DNA of 64,000 nucleotides from an uncultured Planctomycetota bacterium. Its GTDB lineage: Bacteria; Planctomycetota; Planctomycetia; Isosphaerales; Isosphaeraceae. Where the stretch lies: contig CAWJTV010000009.1 of NCBI GenBank assembly GCA_963845755.1, positions 288,001 through 352,000 of the forward strand. The letters run 5' to 3'. Below are positions 62,280-64,000 of this stretch, piece after piece. How positions within the stretch are numbered: position 1 is the first letter of the stretch; every line of letters begins with the position of its first letter. A program made the position numbers and the translations under genes. The notes under the pieces were generated by a model. The model made no database searches and was not told where the DNA came from. It worked only from the letters and a program-made list of their open reading frames with translations.

Positions 62280-64000
62280 TCACTTCAGCCCGATCTCGCC
62301 AGCCGACTTGCTCAGGATCGCGTCGGCGGTCTCGCCGATCAGGGCCCACTCGGCGCAGGTCTCCCCGAGCGCCTGGAGGAATCGATCCACCTGGGCGTCG
62401 CTCACGATCAGGGGAGGTTGGACCCGGAGCACCCGCGGGTTCGAGCGGGCCACCTGGGTGTAGATCGCGTGCTCGTGGAGCAAGTTCGACTGGACGTACA
62501 GCGCCGGGATCGTGCGGAGAAGGTCCTCGTAACCGGGCACCAACCACCAGCTCGCCCCCGACGAGTCGAAACCCTTGAAGTTGGTGAGCAGCCCCGGGGA
62601 TAGCTCGTGGAATTCCACACCCAGCATCATTCCATGGCCTCGGATCTCGCGGATGATCGGGCAGCAGCGGGCGATCGACTCGAGGCCCTCGTGGAGCTGG
62701 ATCCCGCAGCGGGCGGCGTTCTCCAGCGTCGGGGTATCACGCAGGACCCGGAGCGTCGCCAGGCCCGTGGCGCAGGCCAGGCTGCCGCCCGAGAACGTGC
62801 TCGAATGCAGCGCGAACGTCTGGTACGAGCCGTACGCCTTCATCCAGATGTCGCGGCGGGCGATCATGGCCCCGAGGGGCATCAGCCCGCCGCCCAGCGA
62901 CTTGGCCAGGGCGAGGATGTCGGGCTCGACCCCGTCGCTCTCGACGGCGAACAGCGGCCCGGTCCTCCCCAGGCCGGTCTGCACCTCGTCGGCGATGAAG
63001 AGCGTGCCAGCCTCGCGACAGAGCCGGTGGGCCTCGGCCAGATAGCCCGGCGGCGGCGTGACCATCCCGCCTTCTCCCTGGATCGGCTCGACCACGAACG
63101 CGGCGTGCCGGCGCGTCGCCAGGGCCAGCTCGAGGGCCCTCGTGTCGCCATAGGGGACCGCCTGGCATTCGGGGACCATCGGACCGAACGGGCCCTGATA
63201 GGTCCGGTTGCCGGTGACCGAGAGGGCCCCGAAGGTCTTGCCGTGGAACGAGCCCCGACACGACAGCAAGCCGCTACGGCCGGTCGCCGCCCGCGCCAGC
63301 TTCAGGGCGGCTTCGATCGACTCCGCCCCGCTGTTGGTGAAGAAGACGATCTCCAGGCCGCGCGGGGTGATGGCCACCAGTTGCTCGGCCAGCGCCGCCG
63401 CCAGAGGATTGACCGAGCCCGGCGAGAATCCGGGCGTCCGCTGGCTCAACGCCGAGGCGACCGACGCCGCCACGTCGGGGTGATTGTGCCCCAGGTTGAG
63501 CGAGCCGAAGCCCGCCACGAAGTCGAGGTAGGCGCGCCCCGACTCGTCAAACAGCTCCGCCCCCTCGCCCCGGACGAACGTGCGGGCCAGCCCGCTCGGG
63601 CCGCCCAGGCCGATCAGGACGGGATTGATGTGCCTGCCGTACCGCTCGGCCGCGTGCTCGGCCAGGTCGGCGACGCTGATAGGCTCCTCATCGGCCCGCT
63701 CGAGAGCGGCCTGGTCACCGTATCGGCGTGGTGGTCGCGATCGCATGTGGCGAGTCCTCGAGAGCACCTTGAGGAACTGAGATCGGGCCTCCGGGCTCAG
63801 CGCCTGGCCGCACGCCAGCGCCTCCGAGAACACGAACCCGTGCGCTCGGCGAGCCGGCCGATCTCGCGGACGCGGTCGAGCGAGAGCTCCCGCCCGATCG
63901 AGAATGAGTCGGCGCGGTTCTCGAGCGCCAGGACCATCGTCTCGCCCAGGCAGGAGGGTACGATGCCGTGATAGAACCGGAGGAAGAACGAGTCGCGGGG
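62280..64000 (-). CDS. PigE-like fusion: acyl-ACP reductase-like domain + class-III PLP aminotransferase (5' end outside window; frameshift near 63845)
   Basis: Upstream frame IVPSCLGETMVLALENRADSFSIGRELSLDRVREIGRLAE, then HGF; later YLDFVAGFG, NSGAE, FHGKT, EPIQGEGG, DEVQTG, LAKSLGGG. Confidence 0.8.
   Translation of the reverse strand, partial: PRLVLPPVLSRHRTLLPGRDDGPGAREPRRLILDRAGALARPRPRDRPARRAHGFVFSEALACGQALSPEARSQFLKVLSRTRHMRSRPPRRYGDQAALERADEEPISVADLAEHAAERYGRHINPVLIGLGGPSGLARTFVRGEGAELFDESGRAYLDFVAGFGSLNLGHNHPDVAASVASALSQRTPGFSPGSVNPLAAALAEQLVAITPRGLEIVFFTNSGAESIEAALKLARAATGRSGLLSCRGSFHGKTFGALSVTGNRTYQGPFGPMVPECQAVPYGDTRALELALATRRHAAFVVEPIQGEGGMVTPPPGYLAEAHRLCREAGTLFIADEVQTGLGRTGPLFAVESDGVEPDILALAKSLGGGLMPLGAMIARRDIWMKAYGSYQTFALHSSTFSGGSLACATGLATLRVLRDTPTLENAARCGIQLHEGLESIARCCPIIREIRGHGMMLGVEFHELSPGLLTNFKGFDSSGASWWLVPGYEDLLRTIPALYVQSNLLHEHAIYTQVARSNPRVLRVQPPLIVSDAQVDRFLQALGETCAEWALIGETADAILSKSAGEIGLK

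Noticed and set aside
62280..64000. Prodigiosin/tambjamine cluster
   Set aside because: Only the PigE-like enzyme is seen; no prolyl-carrier, pyrrole or PigC-type genes in the window
1..64000. rRNA, tRNA, prophage, integron or defence systems
   Set aside because: No recognisable motifs or genes on reading; a covariance-model search was not possible

Overview
High-GC bacterial accessory region; the gene repertoire (Ser/Thr kinase-TPR proteins with ECF sigmas, long ACPs, heptamer hairpins) suggests a planctomycete, which is an inference. From left to right: (1) an ECF42-type sigma with DGPF/YciI and VOC genes and two matching promoters; (2) a TetR-led oxidoreductase cluster and a MarR-MATE-RND efflux locus; (3) a mobile-element hotspot at 16.9-32.6 kb, where an IS1380/IS4-like element, two IS630 copies and two MITEs all sit at CTAG, three of them stacked at one site, and a Mutator-like IS sits in the IS630 frameshift slippery site; (4) three ECF-sigma and four Ser/Thr kinase genes or fragments, mostly decayed; (5) a pyruvate-node cluster (malic enzyme, Zymomonas-type pyruvate decarboxylase, a second keto-acid decarboxylase, poxB and ALDH remnants); (6) a minus-strand candidate biosynthetic cluster running off the right edge: PigE-like acyl-ACP reductase/class-III aminotransferase fusion, ACP, MMPL, TolC-HlyD-MFS and secreted lipase-like hydrolases. 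Many genes carry single-base frameshifts, from sequencing error and/or decay. No rRNA, tRNA or CRISPR array was seen.
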